From Amphiura filiformis (Eukaryota), in NCBI RefSeq assembly GCF_039555335.1, contig NC_092630.1:31148769-31212768 (forward strand): 64,000 nt of DNA. Direction: 5' to 3'. The notes below the pieces were generated by a model, which saw only the letters and a list, made by a program, of their open reading frames with translations, made no database searches and was not told where the DNA came from. Made by a program: the position numbers and the translations under genes. Shown piece after piece: positions 48,010 to 59,280 of this stretch; within the stretch, counting starts at the first letter, position 1; every line of letters begins with the position of its first letter.

Positions 48010-48680
48010 CTTCAATAATAGGAAGCAATTCAATGCTTGAAGATTATTAGCCACAAGTACACCTGATGTTAATTGTAAAAAAAAACATGAATAATTTAAA
48101 TTATAATGAGATGCAATAAATGCAAGAAATGATGTGTGAGGATGCAAAAATTGCATTTTGTTTTGTTTTTCATTAATATTTTTGTGTTAGTTTCTTTTGT
48201 CCTCCCTTATAAAAATGTATTTATTTCAGTAATAATTTTGTCCTCCCGATACTAAATGTTTATCACTCAATTGAAAAGGACCTCCGACTTTCACTTTCAC
48301 TTTCTATGCAAGCTATTTCTAAGTTCTATGATCAACTTGTCTTTTTATCCAATGTTAATGGAAGAGCAGGCAAGGAAAGTTATCAGGAAATATTATGTTT
48401 TAGAAATGAGCAGAAACAACATGTTCTAATTAATTTTAGTTGCTTCTCATATCGAGAGCAATGAATGACTTTCAAAATGCACAATGAATGACTTTCAAAA
48501 TTAGACACTTTGGTGCGTTAATACAAACCTCTGGTGTTTGTGACTGCCAGTTCCCTGTGTTCCATATTCCAGCCCCAAACCATGGTATACAGCATTTGGT
48601 GTTTATAACCTAAAATCTTGCTTTTAGCTTAGTTTTTAGGAATTTTTGTTTTTAGGTATTGACACATTAATTACATGTAC

Positions 48681-48744
48681 CTGATTAAATCTGACTTGCT
48701 GGTATCCGTGGTTCACTTCACATGGCTCCCCTGGTGTGTACTTC
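48681..48744 (-). CDS. MVP: MVP exon 3. Translates (K)KYTPGEPCEVNHGYQQVRFNQ.
   Basis: Same length as vertebrate SRDAQGLVLFDVTGQVRLRHAD and similar to it; acceptor cctacag|, donor CAG|gtacat; phase-consistent. Confidence 0.7.
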
Positions 48745-48851
48745 CTGTAGGAAAATAACAACATTAACAACAACAACAATGATGTTCAGCAATAATGCAA
48801 AATACCAGGTTCTAAAATGATTTTGTTCGTCAAAAGCTCATTTTATACATG

Positions 48852-49700
48852 TACCGTATTCGTTCCAATAAGCGCCCATGCCCCAATAAGCGCCCACCCA
48901 GCGACTTTGCAACAAACACAATATGAAATTATTAACCGCCCATCCAATGTTGTCAAAATACTTCCAGTAAGCTTACCTGTCGAATGATTTTACATGCATG
49001 CATGAGGGAAATTGAGCATCAAAAGTATCCAAAATGTTCACCAAAATTAAATTATGACGCTATTTCATAGTGTGCAGATGTATAGATATTAAAAATACTT
49101 CACAATAACCACCTGCAAATGCCTTTAAAAGGCCAAGTTTGAGCTAATTCTGTCTCAAATTCATATTTTTTGCCGGCGCGGCAGCGGCCATCTTTATAGT
49201 GCGCCCTCAAAACAATTTTGTCAATATAATATTAAATTAAGATACATATGAGGGCGCACTAACTGAGAGTAACCCCAGACAAACAAGAACCTAGACCTAT
49301 GACTTTGGTTCGCGTAGTGAAGTCAACACTGCATAGCAACAATTTTGACAAGGACGCAACGCGGACGCAAACAAGCTGACACAATCGCGTCTACGGAACA
49401 TGTTGCATTTAACGCAGGCTGTAACGGCGCAGTAAACACGCATAAGCAAGCGCGTCAGAATGTAGCGATATTTCTCCTCGCCTAGTAACCCCGTCAATCC
49501 GTCAATATCACCTTGGATACGGGGCTTCACCTCCCGCTGTGTTAAGGGATGGGCAGTTATAGGTCTAGGTTGGTATGTCTATGAGAGTAACTAAATACTT
49601 TCAGACGGTGATTGATGACTAAAAACCAGGTAAAAAATAAGCGCCCACCCAAAATGACTTTGTTAAGCGCCCTGGGCGCTTATTGGAATGAATACGGTAC
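48852..49700. mobile_element. Non-autonomous TIR element (~850 bp). TIRs read taccgtattc(g/a)ttccaataagcgccca..gcgcttaacaaagtcatttt. It has a nested inverted pair agtgcgccctca/tgagggcgcact.
   Basis: 48852-48925 is the reverse complement of 49620-49700. It lies in the MVP intron between exons 2 and 3. Confidence 0.65.
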
Positions 49701-50175
49701 ATGTAAGTGATCAACTTTTAATAACGTTGTGTTTTATTTAATCTTTGATTTTATATTGTTTCAAATTGCTGAAGCTATGAAGTGGATATATAATATATTA
49801 TGTTCTTGTGTAAGCATTTGCTGGTCAGGATCTCTGTAACTTATCAATATATATGGCACAATACATGCACTGGTCAATGTTTCCTAAAGTTTGTTTGGTT
49901 TATATAAGGCAGAAAAAAACCCTGATAACACAGTGTATTGATCAATGACCGGCGCACCCTTATGTGAATTTAGGCGAGCATAAGTTGGGACTTTCTTGAC
50001 GCGCGCAGTAACAAAAGCCGAATAATTTCCGCCTAATAAAAGCCGAACAAACTTAAAGGCAAATGAGCAGGAATGGTTTACATGTATGCCAGTGATTATC
50101 CATCAATACACAATTCAGATGAGGTTTTGAATATTATGTGAAGAAAGAAGGAATTGCTTGAACATGCATACTCAC

Positions 50176-50309
50176 TTCATTGGGTTCTTGATGACACAGT
50201 AATGGCCTGGTGGTACAATAATGCATGGTAAGGGGCCAGCCGTCACATGCTCATTGTTCATCAAAGTCAACCTCTTTGGACCAACCTCTAAACGGGTCAC
50301 GTTAGAGCT
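50176..50309 (-). CDS. MVP: MVP exon 2. Translates SSNVTRLEVGPKRLTLMNNEHVTAGPLPCIIVPPGHYCVIKNPM.
   Basis: Matches MVP [44 protein letters not shown]; acceptor cacag|, donor gtgagt; phase continuous with exon 1. Confidence 0.85.
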
Positions 50310-50639
50310 CTGTGTATGGGACAAAAAAATAGACAATATGAATATTTATATGTTTTAATAGTAATTCAATCATTATATTTTAAGAGGCATCCTTTTAGTC
50401 AATTCGATCAATTCAAATGGATGTAGCATATCTATTGAGTCATGCTGTTCATGTAGGCCCTACAAACCGTGCTGTTCATGTAGGCCCTACATACTGTTGC
50501 ATTCGAAATCTAGGCAGATTCACTGAAGCATTACACCGTGTAAAGCAATGGAAGTTCAGAAGTAAACACAGCTGATCACGATGGGTGACCGATTGCATCA
50601 AGAATGTTGCTAAAATTGCACTTCAACAAAATTTTGGAC

Positions 50640-50872
50640 TATCCCGGGGGGTCACTCCCATTGTGACCTGTACACCATCCGCGATAATCAACTTTTGAAA
50701 AGCACCCTAAACAAGGATTTAACCCTTTCATGTTTTTGACACCCTAAACGTGTTACGCGCGTCCCGACGCGCGTATCGTGCTTACCCACGAAAAACTACC
50801 CTTTTTACGCGTTTTCATTATCGCGGATGGTGTACAGTCCACAATGGGAGTGACCCCCGGGGACTATCCAAA
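50640..50872. mobile_element. MITE with ~45-bp TIRs (cccggggggtcactcccattgtgacctgtacaccatccgcgataat).
   Basis: Near-perfect inverted termini. The internal inverted pair gcgcgtcccgacgcgcg is GC-rich. Confidence 0.75.
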
Positions 50873-51102
50873 ATAGGCAATCTTTATTCAATGATAATGC
50901 AGTAATTTGCAGTTGACTCATCAAAATAACTTTCATCCAAATTTCAACATTGACATAATAAAATACTATCCGTTGCAAAAAATGTCATGGCTGACCGACC
51001 GCAAAATGAAGCAATATACTCTAGCATCTTATGCATAACTATCGTGTGGAAATTCAAAGCTAGAGAGTTCTTGAGTAAACTGGGTGCTCAAGGAAGTGGG
51101 CG

Positions 51103-51180
51103 AGATGGCTGAGCGGTTAAGGCGTTGCGCTGCCAGCCGGGAGATACGATAGACGAGGGTTCGAGCCTTGGGCTTGCCTT
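51103..51180 (+). ncRNA. tRNA-related sequence with a type II (Ser/Leu-like) 5' half. It is not a foldable canonical tRNA and is probably a SINE or pseudogene.
   Basis: ggcgagatggctgagcggttaaggcgttgcgctg..gagggttcgagcc has a D-arm identical to the tRNA-Ser/Leu consensus (GGC.GAGTGGTTAAGGCG) and a box B. The anticodon and acceptor stems do not pair. Confidence 0.4.
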
Positions 51181-52014
51181 AGGTGAAAATTCTCTTCCCT
51201 CCCAAAAAGTTCCTAGTCGGGAATCCTTCAATTAAGTTCAGTATTTAATTTCAGAATTTAATTGAAGAATTTCTTCTCGCCCCCATACACTGCTTAGCAC
51301 GTGCAGATATAGGTAGTGTATGTGCGAATTCTGTGATTCAGAAGTCACATAAAGCCGTTGGTCCCATGTTCAGGAGGATTCATCCCTGTGCACGTTTTAA
51401 GTATCAGATCTATTCGAAAATAGAAGGGGGATCATCCCCGGTTCTGATATCTGCACTCAACCCTCTAGGTTCGAGAGGACAAGATGGGTGTGATACAACT
51501 GTACATAGGTTGTCTATACCCATAAAATCCTGTAGAATGTAGAAAGGTGTTGGGCATCCACACTTTCTAATTCATGACGCTGCAAAAAAATAGGCAATGA
51601 ATTGATTTGGCATATCATTGTATTTTGCAAATTAGTAATTAGATTTTGAATGCAACAGTCTCTAGGCTCAAATGTAAAGCTCATCTGTGAGCAAATTCGT
51701 GGCTAGACTTCTCGAGCAACTCGGGCTCAGCATTGAAATTTCACAAGTGAATTGCATACATTTTTAAAAGACCAAAACACTTCATTGAAGTGTCATTTTA
51801 CCAACTTTATTAGTGATATGCATGCAATCATGATTGCGAGTGATCAGCTTTGTTATAGTTCTGAATTTCCATAAATGGTGATGGTCATTTACATGCAGAT
51901 TGTAGGTATTTTAATCTCACTCAGGTCATGGTGTCACGCATCACTGACCTCATCTAGTCATGACCCATGTTTATGTTTTATTTAATATTTCTTTCCAATT
52001 ATATATTGACTTAC

Positions 52015-52068
52015 CACATCCAGGACAAACACAAATTCATTGGGACCAATGTTCACTAGCCCACTCAT
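52015..52068 (-). CDS. MVP: MVP coding exon 1 (ATG at 52068). Translates MSGLVNIGPNEFVFVLDV. Donor GTG|gtaagtc.
   Basis: Minus-strand translation aligns to the vertebrate MVP N-terminus (..[14 protein letters not shown]); GTAAGT donor; phase 0 into next exon. The 5' UTR may sit in an upstream exon (AG at tttgcaaagtgtttag|). Confidence 0.7.
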
Positions 52069-52496
52069 GGCTAATTCTTCCTCCTCGAAGCTCTCAAAGG
52101 ACTAAACACTTTGCAAAACCAGATAAGCTTAAGTTACAGCTCTTGACAGCACCGTGGTGCGTGCACAGCGCTGACTGCAGAATTCGCCAAATATCAGCTT
52201 GCAAATCCTGATGTCTTCGACTCTTGTCAATTCACCAAAATGTTCAAATCTTGCCTGAAGAATATCTAGACTTTAATTATCAAATAATGGGTCAAAATTA
52301 AAGGTGCGACTTTGACACATTCCATTAATTGCCAATTACATTATTATGTAAACAAGGAAGTGGATAGCGGAACCAAGGCCTGTACGATAACCTCATACAC
52401 TGGGTGCTAATGTCGTCAAATGGTCACATTATACAAATAGCAAGCATATCAGGAAAACAACGACTCTGACTACGGGGAACTGATCAGAGCAGGGGG

Positions 52497-53085
52497 AAAC
52501 CCCAGGGGGGCCACTCATATATAAAAGTTGTAAGCATGCGTGTGAATGCACTTCAGAAAAACACCCTTAACAAGGACAACCATTGTGTCTTCAAAATGAC
52601 CCTTAACAAGGATAATGGTTTGTTAACCATACCCTTAACAAGGACAAAGTTACAAGTGGATTAAATCCAACCCTTATAGCAAGGATGCATGATCAATTTT
52701 GAAGAAAAAAGTAAAAGACATCAACTTTCAAGGTTTCTTATTTCCTTTATTATTAGACCTATACTCTTATTGGATAGGCCTACTTCCTAACTGGATTTGG
52801 TAGGCTTAGGCCTACTCAGTTAACATTATTCAACATAATTATCGCCTGCATTATTAGGGCAGTATATTTTATTATGACAATTGTAGGGGTAGGAATGTGA
52901 TTAAACTCAGCACGGACACAGGGTGTCAAAAATGACACCCTTATTTGCTATAATCAATGATTTTGAGACCCTTAACACGGGCACGTGCGGGCCCGTGTTG
53001 CAGTAGGAAAAAACACCCATATTCCGCGTTTATGTTCACACGCATGCTTACAACATTTTATATGAGTGGCCCCCCTGGGGGGGAA
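52497..53085. mobile_element. TIR element (~590 bp) with TIRs gggggccactcatatataaaagttgtaagcatgcgtgtgaa and internal cccttaacaagga tandem motifs. It lies about 430 bp upstream of the MVP start codon.
   Basis: 52497-52545 is the reverse complement of 53035-53085. Internal units read (acccttaacaaggataa) x4. Confidence 0.65.
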
Positions 53086-53809
53086 ACAGAGAGATGAGAG
53101 GCCCCACAGCACAGGGGAAATTGCCCAAGTTGTCAACCCGTTGTCAACAATTGTCAAAATAGTCAAAGGGGGCTATCATTTTCTGGAAGAGGGTCCCAAA
53201 TCTTCTAAAAGTCAGCATCAATTGCGACCCCCTATTTCAGCAACAAAAATTTTATGACCCCCCACCAGTGACATGCTCAAAGGGGGCGGGGGTGGGCAGG
53301 GGGCATGTAGTTTTTTCAAAAGTCACGGAAATGCACCGAATCAGGGGAAAATTAAGTGGAATTCCAGCGTACGAAACTAGGGGTCTATCGGTGTAGAAAT
53401 TTTCATCAAAAGGGGGTCATAGGCCTATACGGTGTTGGCAATGTCAAAAATGGGGTGATTTTGCAATATGGGACGCCCAAAATGTCACATCACACACAAT
53501 TAAAAATACCTTTTTACCTAATTTTACAGTACAAAATAGACAAAACTCATTTATTTTGCTCAAAATGCACGCGAAGCAAGCCGAAATTTCAATTTTGAGG
53601 ACCAATTGTTCAAGGAGGTCATTCAGTGTAGGCTATATAGGCCTAGGCCTACTGGAAAAAACCGGGGTCATTGGGTGTAGGATTTGCCAAAAATAAGGGG
53701 TCTTTTCATGGGCACATGACTATGTCAATATATGGGAGTGCCTCCCCTGGGACCCCCTATTTTTCTTTCCAAAATTAATGACCCCCCCCCATATGATCCC
53801 TATGATAGC

Positions 53810-54700
53810 AATGGTAGGGTCAGATGCTATCTACTGATGATAGCAATGGTAGGGTCAGATGCTATCTACTGATGATAGCAATGCTAGGGTCAGATGCTAT
53901 CTACTGATTATATCAATTGTAGAGTCAGATGCTATCTACTGATGATAGCAATGGTAGGGTCAGATGCTATCTACTGATTATATCAATTGTAGAGTCAGAT
54001 GCTATCTACTGATGCTATCTACTGATGATAGCAATGGTAGAGTCCGATGCTATCTACTGATGATAGCAATGGTAGAGTCAGATGCTATCTACTGATGATA
54101 GCAATGTTAGGGTCAGATGCTATCTACTGATGATAGCAATGGTAGGGTCAGATGCTATCTACTGATTATATCAATTGTAGAGTCAGATGCTATCTACTGA
54201 TGATAGCAATGGTAGGGTCAGATGCTATCTACTGATTATATCAATTGTAGAGTCAGATGCTATCTACTGATGCTATCTACTGATGATAGCAATGGTAGGC
54301 AGATGCTATCTACTGATGATAGCAATGGTAGGGTCAGATGCTATCTACTGATTATATCAATTGTAGAGTCAGATGCTATCTACTGATTATATCAATTGTA
54401 GAGTCAGATGCTATCTACTGATGCTATCTACTGATGATAGCAATGGTAGGCAGATGCTATCTACTGATGATAGCAATGGTAGGGTCAGATGCTATCTACT
54501 GATTATATCAATTGTAGAGTCAGATGCTATCTACTGATGATAGCAATGGTAGGGTCAGATGCTATCTACTGATTATATCATTTGTAGAGTCAGATGCTAT
54601 CTACTGATGATAGCAATGGTAGGGTCAGATGCTATCTACTGATGATAGCAATGGTAGGGTCAGATGCTATCTACTGATGATAGCAATGCTAGGGTTAGAT
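53810..54700. repeat. Minisatellite of about 24 copies of a ~35-bp unit (gatgctatctactgatgatagcaatggtagggtca, alternating with the variant gattatatcaattgtagagtca). A short 4-copy array of the same unit lies at 57520-57670.
   Basis: The tandem periodicity is directly visible. Both arrays are followed by the same ~270-bp block (54690-54960 matches 57665-57915). Confidence 0.9.
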
Positions 54701-54947
54701 ATTATATCACTCATACATAAATTCTAGACAGTTCATTGGTTGATTACCATTTATCATTTTTACCATCACCCACTCCGTGTGATAGTCTTTACCATCATAG
54801 TGCTCTGTCAGAGTGCGCCTGCGCCTAAGTCATGCGCTGACTCTTGGACTCGCCGATTTAGTTATGGGGTGGACCCCAAAATGTGAAGTATATCACGGCA
54901 AAACATGGTGTTATGTTAATGAAAAAATGTATTTCTTACCTTAAATA

Positions 54948-57310
54948 CCGTAAACGTTCGCCTAATGGCGCTTTTGGATTCTTAGAAATGTGAGAGCGCC
55001 ATCCTTGTAAAATCTCAACAGCATTAAGGATACGTGTATGTGGAATTGAGCAACCTGGACATAATGCCTCAGAAAAAATATCGTGACATGACCCAATACT
55101 TTAGGTCACTAGGTTAGTTGCTAGAGCAGCAGATGTTTTGGGGTTTCTTCAGGTATTCTTTCTCAAAGTGCCATTTGACTTAATTTGTAAATCGATTCAT
55201 ACGTTATACCTAACTCATTTTGGTAAATCTTTTTATAACATTGTAATTTCTTCATATTTTTTAATATTCTTCAGTTGAAAATTACACCCTTCTATTGTCT
55301 GACCCGTTAGCTCAGTCGGTAGAGGGTGCGCCTTTGAATGGTGAATGGTACTTGTTCGAATCTTGACTTCTGCTCCCACTTTTATGTGAAGAAGGGTCAA
55401 GAAATGTTTTTGGATTTTGTCCCCATTTTACGAATGAATATTGTGATTTTTTTTTAATTTAATTTTAATTTTCTTATTTTTTTTATAGATAAATAGGCAC
55501 TGCGAACAAACGGCAACAAAAACCGCTGACAAAATTTGCTCCACCTGCTACCTATCAATGCGTGATATATTCCACTACATTTAACAGTTAAATGACCTTT
55601 GAAAAATAGAACGGCCTCAATGTTTCAAATTGTGTAACTACATTACTTTATTCATTTATGCATTATAAATGATCAGCTATTTTTTCTTTTATTAAAAGGA
55701 TCGAACCCAAGTAGATCACACCATTGATCATATAACTATCAGACCACGAAGTAGTTACGTAACTCTGTGATGGTATCGGAACCAAGCACTGTTTGAATGG
55801 CGATCATTACGATCACGCTATTTTGATATGCCTTTTTTGTGTACTGATTGTTTCGATCGTGGCTCATTACTTAAGCGCGTGATCCCGTTGACATAGTAAC
55901 ATTACGTAACTTCGATGACCGGGCTTCGATACTGAATAGTTGTTGAGTGCACATAATATGGAAAGCCATTGGGGTATTGTGTGCCTTCCAAAGCGCCTTA
56001 TAACATGTTCTCATTGTGTTGTGGAATCCTAGCCAGTATTCAATGATAGCTAGAGGGCTTGCGTTTATCGATTGGCTCCAAACAAAGGATTTGAACCGAT
56101 TTCTTCCCCGTAATCATGGCGCAGTGCAGTCCATTCAATCAAATGTTGTCATCAACCTATTTGATCGTAGTGCATTTTGTTATGTGTGTGAGACAAACTG
56201 TCGCGGTAGATGCAATCATGCTTTTGTTGAATGCATTTGAGTAGTCCGCCATATTTACGGGATGATACGCCATATGCACAGCCTCTATTCAGTTGGTCGT
56301 TGTATGATTTTGTTCGTTCACTCATTCAAATTTTATTTATATCATTTGAAGACTGAGCCTATTATGATACATCCTCTGTGGAACAGTTTCAAACAAATAT
56401 AGCTAGGCATTATTGGGGCAGAGGTTATCTTCTGAATCCTCTTAGAGGGCTATCATTTTTTCGGAAGGGGGTCCCAAATTTACAAAAAGTCTGCGTCAAT
56501 AAAATGCGCACCCCTATTTCGCAACAAAAATTTTATGATACCAAACCCCAAAATTGTATTGAAATTCGTCTTTTTGAATAAAATAACACACTTTCTGTGG
56601 TCGTCGTGTGACTCCCTACATTTTGGTCATAAAACATTTTATAAAATCAGAAAATAAAACATTTTATGACCCCCCTCCTATTATTCTTTCCAAGACTTTA
56701 TGACCCCCGTATATTTGGGACCCCACTCCTTTCGAATAAAATGATATACCTCTTATGACCACTGATGCATAGGCAAGGACACTCGCTGAATTGAAAGACT
56801 TGTCGTCAGTACATGACAGTTCGTCTCACACACATAACAAATGCTTATACAATCAAATAGGTTCATTACAACATTTGATTAAAATGAAACGATAAAAACA
56901 AAGCATGAAAAAAGACACATACAAGATAAAATAATAAAATTATATAAACAATGTTAAAGATAAAATAGAGAATAAAATTTCCTCAAATCAGAAAAAAAAC
57001 ATTGACAGACATCATAATCTGTCAGAAATTACTGCATGAGATTCGAACCATCAATCTTCTCCACAAGTTCTCTTTATCCTCGCACTATAGTCTAATGCTC
57101 TGCTCACTGGGCCACAACGTATCAGGTGAATGATTACCGCATTATCATGAACAAGTTTGTTCGATCTTGTTCATAATTGTATGTGTTGATAGGTTTCACT
57201 CATTTAACTACACGCACCCTTAATGATCAGTGATAATAGTCGGCTTTTACAGGGATGGCGCTCTCTCATTTCCATGCACTCCATAGCGCCATTAGGCGAA
57301 CGTTTACGGT
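54948..57310. repeat. Segment bounded by ~65-bp inverted repeats (ccgtaaacgttcgcctaatggcgct..gagagcgccatcc.tgtaaaa), containing tRNA-Lys-like SINE-type sequences at 55305-55380 (+) and 57030-57110 (-). It is part of a larger rearranged duplication spanning 53810-57915.
   Basis: 54948-55010 is the reverse complement of 57249-57310. The tRNA-like piece reads gacccgttagctcagtcggtagagggtgcgcctttgaatgg... A perfect 90-bp hairpin sits at 57380-57470. Confidence 0.6.
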
Positions 57311-59035
57311 AGTATTTTAGTAATAGAATTTATGCATGAGTGATATAAAACAAATATTAACTGTCTTAAATTAGGTGTGTAATGGTGAAATATAATCACT
57401 CGGTGAAAGATGTATTGTTCCATTCCACTCGCCGTTCGGGTCGTGGAATGGAACAATCCATCTTTCACCTCGTGATTATATTTAAACCATCACACTCATA
57501 GACAGTTAATATTTGTATACTATCTACTGATGATAGCAATGTTAGGGTCAGATGTTATCTACTGATGATAGCAATGCTAGGGTCAGATGCTATCTACTGA
57601 TTATATCAATTGTAGAGTCAGATGCTATCTACTGATGATAGCAATGGTAGGGTCAGATGTTATCTACTTTTATATCACTCATACATAAATTCTAGACAGT
57701 TCATTGGTTGATTACCATTTATCATTTTTACTATCACCCTCTCCGTGTGATAGTCTTTACCATCATAGTGCTCTGCCGTAGTGTGCCTGCGCCAAGCCGT
57801 GCGCTAACTCTTGGACTCGCCGATTTAGTTATGGGGTGGACCCCAAAATGTGAAGTATATCACGGCAAAACATGGTGTTATGTTGATGAAAAAATGTATT
57901 TCCTACCTTAAATAGTATTTTAGTAAAAGAATTTATGCACGAGTGATATAAAACAAATATTAACTGTCTTAAATTTGTGTAATGGTTGAATATAATCACT
58001 CGGTGAAAGATTAATATTTGTATAATGATAGCAATATTATTTCTTACAACCTTTGTTACAGCGGTATGTATGTAAATTCATTTTTAGTCTACTCTGGAGT
58101 TCACTGATCAAGTGCTGGCTAAACACATTGTGCATGTGTATTATTGAATCATTGACGTATAAATTGTGTGGATATCGCTATTCATCGTACATCTTGACGT
58201 ATAAACTGTGTGCATCACTATTCATCTTAACGTCTTGTTTCTTCGTCCCAGCTGCATGAAGCTACGCCAATATTCATGGTAATAACACAATCGGCAAGCT
58301 AATACATGCATTGTATGCGCTGAAATGAAATAGCAAATTTGCTTTGTTTTAATCATTTGTTTAACTCGAAATTAAAACGGGGCATTGTGGTCTGTGAAAA
58401 CTAGCATTTTAATAGGAATCTATTCTCTATGCAAATCACACATTATTACTTTAAGGCTGCATTTTTCAACAAGTAATAAATCTCAGCATAATACATCATG
58501 AGGCAACATATGTTCAGAGAAACACATGTATATGTTTTATTACTTCACACACAATATTAAAATATACAAGTGTTCCAATTCATGAATAATATATTACAGT
58601 GCAGAACATTTTAAGAACTGATTCCAAGAGGTGTGTACAAGTTGAAATAAAAGACTAGTGATCATACATGCACCTGAATGACACAAATGGCGCTTGAATA
58701 ACAAAATAATGAATTTGCTCTTATGTTGGCAAAGTCCAACCTGAACCGTTTTATCATGTGTTTGCATTACAAGTATAGCATAGTGTGGATGAAGCATTGA
58801 TTATTAAAATCAAAGATTTATCAATTTTTATAACTTGGGTTAACGAATCACCTATACAGAGAATCAATATTTTCATAATTGTAGTAGACTTGCTTATCTT
58901 CAACTTGCCATTTCTTGTTTCTGTTAAAATTAACATAATTCTGAATAGCACCTATGACTAATTTTGATGACAAGAGTGTGAATAATTATCACATGGATTA
59001 ATATGAATACAATCTTAGGCAGATTAATGGCCCCA

Positions 59036-59280
59036 TTAGGAAACGAATTTGGAGAAAACCTTCTGTTAATAAAATACTATGCTGAGCCACCAGCCTGGGT
59101 GGTTCACGCCCAGTAATTTCAGATGATTGAGCTCAGTAATACATCAAAGAATGTCTTCCAATTCATGAAAACAAATAGATAATCAGCTTATCGGATTAAA
59201 AGCTTAGAGGGAAGGTGTTGCTGCTCAGGGAGTGTTTGTAATTATCAGAAGGTTTTCTCCAAATTCATTCTCTAATGCAG
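59036..59280. mobile_element. MITE with TIR CATTAG(G/A)AAA(C/T)GAATTTGGAGAAAACCTTCTG.
   Basis: cattaggaaacgaatttggagaaaaccttctg .. cagaaggttttctccaaattcattctctaatg. Confidence 0.7.

Noticed and set aside
52069-52300. Promoter elements (TATA or Inr) for MVP
   Set aside because: No convincing TATA box is at a fixed distance from a defined TSS. A possible 3' splice site just upstream of the ATG suggests the true TSS may be in an unlocated upstream non-coding exon.
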